Assembly: GCA_051008535.1 (NCBI GenBank)
Contig: JBPCXM010000028.1
Location: 1-52,228 of the forward strand
DNA: 52,228 bases
Origin: Pseudomonadales bacterium
Lineage (GTDB): Bacteria; Pseudomonadota; Gammaproteobacteria; Pseudomonadales; JAUIET01
Direction: 5' to 3'
Within the stretch, counting starts at the first letter, position 1. Every line of letters starts with the position of its first letter. Under the pieces are notes generated by a model. It did not search any database and had not been told where the DNA came from. It saw nothing but the letters and a program-made list of their open reading frames with translations. Positions 50,901 through 52,228 of this stretch are shown here, piece after piece. Both the position numbers and the translations under genes were made by a program.

Positions 50901-51000
50901 CTTCAGGGGCAAAGAGCGAGTCGTTATCGTTGTCGGAGCAGCCTAAAAGCGCAGTCGCGCTCAGGGCTAAGGCGATCAAAAATCGGGAACTGCTGTGCAT
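47944..51000 (-). CDS. penicillin-acylase (S45, Ntn-hydrolase) family lipoprotein, unusually long (1018 aa)
   Basis: Lipobox LLGC. RDDFGVPHIFGDTRSDVMFGTGYATATDRMF alpha-subunit motif. Candidate nucleophile Ser478 in MASNAILVN (codon 49569-49567). Confidence 0.85.
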   Translation of the reverse strand: MHSSSRFLIALALSATALLGCSDNDNDSLFAPEAAPVSVDPFADNGAFLSVLPPGSADANDGNINSDPNSTDQLAMYENLAFSENYPTPGQLNDEDLTPGYFKDAAFLAESVFDSPQRVSDGTLTARIARDDFGVPHIFGDTRSDVMFGTGYATATDRMFLIDVVRHVGRGRMSDFVGPAAGNYSSDRELGQFGGYSEQEMQDQLDQVAVRFGVDGEQAQQDMLDFVNGINQYIDDVQNGAAGAEAIPIEYAGLSLELRKFTGRDVLAVAALVQSTFASGGGGEYRQARLVNGLGALFPGEPEQACQLWRDLRQANDPERPNTIDTAFETQSPPIIDEDACPLTPEFSDQFPGAVLFDSNSLEELELLIIEDCVEPGMAMGADIECPNFREDVVEDSVTIASASPTLLEIILGDSPLLAVLENIKTASNQKQIVASVPHRSLTSYSATQLQAGRERAIATLAGLRLALSADSFPTMASNAILVNADQTASGNPIAVFGPQTGYFSPQILMEFSQQGGDINNRGVAFAGLPYVIIGRGIDHAWSATSAGDDITDIRVLRLCEPGGTAATRASTSYLYNGVCTPMLRRSDEWTAETNVTTPGMANQKVTRDILRAPDYGPVFATATVSGAPVALAIQRSTFFGEPDSVATFVATSRNEVINPDTFFDVFNKLTGTFSWFYIDANNIAYFNSGLLPNRAAGIHPDLPQWGDGEFDWQQSGTGRLNPDFSFDNFLPLEAHPRAVNPPTGYFVNWNNAQAPGFYAHDTQVGYGALYRSLLLEKRLQALRAEPGNPLLTRANMVEIMIDAGTSDLRGQEILPQVFAILSDVSDLDAFEQQTLQVLRDWVRNGPRELGAMRRDRSGPGFDTPALQYEDRDAVAFMDAWWGNMIVALLPQIVAVENAGVMVGGRHNQPGPVGSAFQSGYYGYMRRVLDMALGESTATYRQLKCAGSSELEDCRAAVVASLQQTIAELGTDMQQWAGSLEQDDAINHTAFGLADPPNIHWQNRPTWQQVVQPTQDVL

Positions 51001-51103
51001 TGTCGTGCCTCACTTCGAATGCCGCATTTAGCGAGCGCATGTTGCTTATAGCGGCTTCGCTGTGGGACCGCGTGGCCATTCGTTAAACGCCAGTCGCCAC
51101 TGG

Positions 51104-51535
51104 TTATTGTGGTTGAGTTTCAGGCGAGCGTGCTTGCGGTGTTTCCGGTTGCTGTTGGACTTTTGATGGCTCTAAACCAGGCCGCAGCGGATTACAGCGT
51201 TTAATTTTGACATGGCCCTCAAGCAGGTTGCCCTTGGAGTACTCGCGAAAATGACAGGTGTTGGTTTTTGGGTTGTAATTTTCGATCCAGAGATTGTCGT
51301 CTTTCCAAGTGGCCGCGATATGTACCTCGTCTTTAGGTACCGTAACCGCCATCACGCCCCCCCAGCGTTTGACGAACAGCTGTTGAAAGTGGAAGTAGTA
51401 GGCACCCCAGCCAACCAGCATCACAACCGCAGTCATTACCAGGGCCGTTTTCCAGGCTTCCAGCTTCATGCCAAAATAAAGCAGAATAGCCAGCGCTACG
51501 CCGAAGAAAAAGGTCCAATACAAATAGGTAATCAT
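51104..51535 (-). CDS. hypothetical membrane protein (3 predicted TM segments plus a soluble C-terminal domain)
   Basis: GGAG 7 nt before the ATG at 51535 (MITYLYWTFFFGV...). The ORF-track TTG start at 51550 would contain that SD. Confidence 0.6.
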   Translation of the reverse strand: MITYLYWTFFFGVALAILLYFGMKLEAWKTALVMTAVVMLVGWGAYYFHFQQLFVKRWGGVMAVTVPKDEVHIAATWKDDNLWIENYNPKTNTCHFREYSKGNLLEGHVKIKRCNPLRPGLEPSKVQQQPETPQARSPETQPQ

Positions 51536-51601
51536 CACTGCACTCCGCAAATATCTCTTGTAACATGTTACTACAAACCGTAAACATCGCGAGTTTTACG
51601 C

Positions 51602-51850
51602 ATGTCGATAACGCACGATAGCAATAACAATCAATTTACGCTGCAGCTCGAAGGCCTTGAAGGTGTTTTGCAATACCACTTGCTGGGCAACGATGGTGTA
51701 GATTTTTTTCGCACTTATGTACCGCCTGCGCTGCGAGGTCGTGGTCATTCGGAACGCTTGGTCGACGCCGGCTTGTGCTGGGCGCGTGAGCAAAGCTTGA
51801 ACATTACAGCGTCCTGCTGGTATGTAACGAAACGCCTCGATGAGGGTTAG
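51602..51850 (+). CDS. small GNAT-family N-acetyltransferase (YjdJ-like)
   Basis: 82 aa. TYVPPALRGRGHSERLVDAGLCWAREQSLNITASCWYV matches the short GNAT (YjdJ-type) pattern. Confidence 0.75.
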   Translation: MSITHDSNNNQFTLQLEGLEGVLQYHLLGNDGVDFFRTYVPPALRGRGHSERLVDAGLCWAREQSLNITASCWYVTKRLDEG

Positions 51851-51856
51851 AGTGTC

Positions 51857-52008
51857 ACTAGTGTAGCGCCCGAATGGAGCGGCCAAATTTGCGCCCTGCT
51901 TCGTTGGAGCCCTTGTCAATAGGCCCACTATTCACTGCGAACTCCGTCTCGAAGGGCACAAATTTTGCTCGCTCTATTTCAGCCATTTATACCGGACGCT
52001 ACACTAGT
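51857..52008. repeat. family-2 element, copy 3 (152 bp)
   Basis: 51857-51872 ACTAGTGTAGCGCCCG pairs with 51993-52008 CGGACGCTACACTAGT at 15 of 16 positions. Inner pairing joins GCGGCCAAATTTGCGCCCT with AGGGCACAAATTTTGCTCGC. Shares TGCTTCGTTG and a TAGGCCCACT core with the other copies. Confidence 0.7.
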
Positions 52009-52128
52009 ATGCGAAGCACTGAGACGCAGTACGTAAATTATTCTGTGTGCTATTGCGTATCGATCCCATTTCGTCTTTACTGATCTATGGTGGAAACACC
52101 GTCTAACCCATCCATTAATGAGTAGTGC

Positions 52129-52228
52129 ATGCTAGCGGAAGCGCTGAATTCTCATCATATTCAAGTTCTGAACTGGAATATCGCCAAAGGACGCCATCTC
52201 GGCTGGGAGCGTGATCTGGCGCATCTGG
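52129..52228 (+). CDS. possible endonuclease/exonuclease/phosphatase family protein, N-terminal fragment
   Basis: MLAEALNSHHIQVLNWNIAKGRHLGWERDLAHL is open to the window end. The VLNWNI.KG pattern resembles EEP N-termini. Confidence 0.3.
   Translation, partial: MLAEALNSHHIQVLNWNIAKGRHLGWERDLAHL

Noticed and set aside
51015-51086. Possible degenerate hairpin repeat (CGAATGCC ... GGCCATTCG) between the membrane-protein gene and the acylase gene
   Set aside because: Only about 6-8 bp of pairing, and only vague similarity to family 2. Not distinguishable from chance by eye.

Overview
Core-chromosome segment of a gammaproteobacterium. Gene order follows well-known Pseudomonas/E. coli blocks: ispB / rplU-rpmA-obg-proB / rpsT; proA-nadD-rsfS-rlmH-mltB-rlpA-dacA-ybeD-lipB; and on the minus strand miaB-ybeZ-ybeY-corC-lnt-leuS-lptE-holA. 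The second half is less conserved: DUF1820, an aminotransferase, DUF1631-PilZ, a Lon protease, a frameshifted RND adaptor with its pump, TauE, ergothioneine egtB-egtD, sodC, a His-rich exported protein, rapA-sirtuin, and a 1018-aa penicillin-acylase-family lipoprotein. I found no rRNA, tRNA, CRISPR array, transposase, integrase or recognisable defence gene. The signal that gene calls do not explain is non-coding. At least three families of structured intergenic repeats occur as seven copies in 52 kb. Family 1 lies at 7525-7686 and 14975-15242. Family 2 lies at 4509-4678, 15111-15211 (nested inside a family-1 copy) and 51857-52008. Family 3 lies at 9281-9374 and 30171-30330. Families 1 and 2 are long imperfect palindromes whose interiors are homologous between copies. 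Their terminal stems differ between copies but stay complementary within each copy, which argues for constraint on structure rather than on primary sequence. Both family-1 copies fill an entire stop-to-start junction inside an essential operon. In the lptE-holA copy the only Shine-Dalgarno for holA sits inside the terminal helix. Other points: the usual mrdA-mrdB and lipA genes are missing from their conserved positions, the RND adaptor carries a 1-nt frameshift, and egtD and sodC overlap tail to tail by 74 bp. All functional interpretations of the repeats are inference and need genome-wide copy counts, covariation analysis and transcript mapping.
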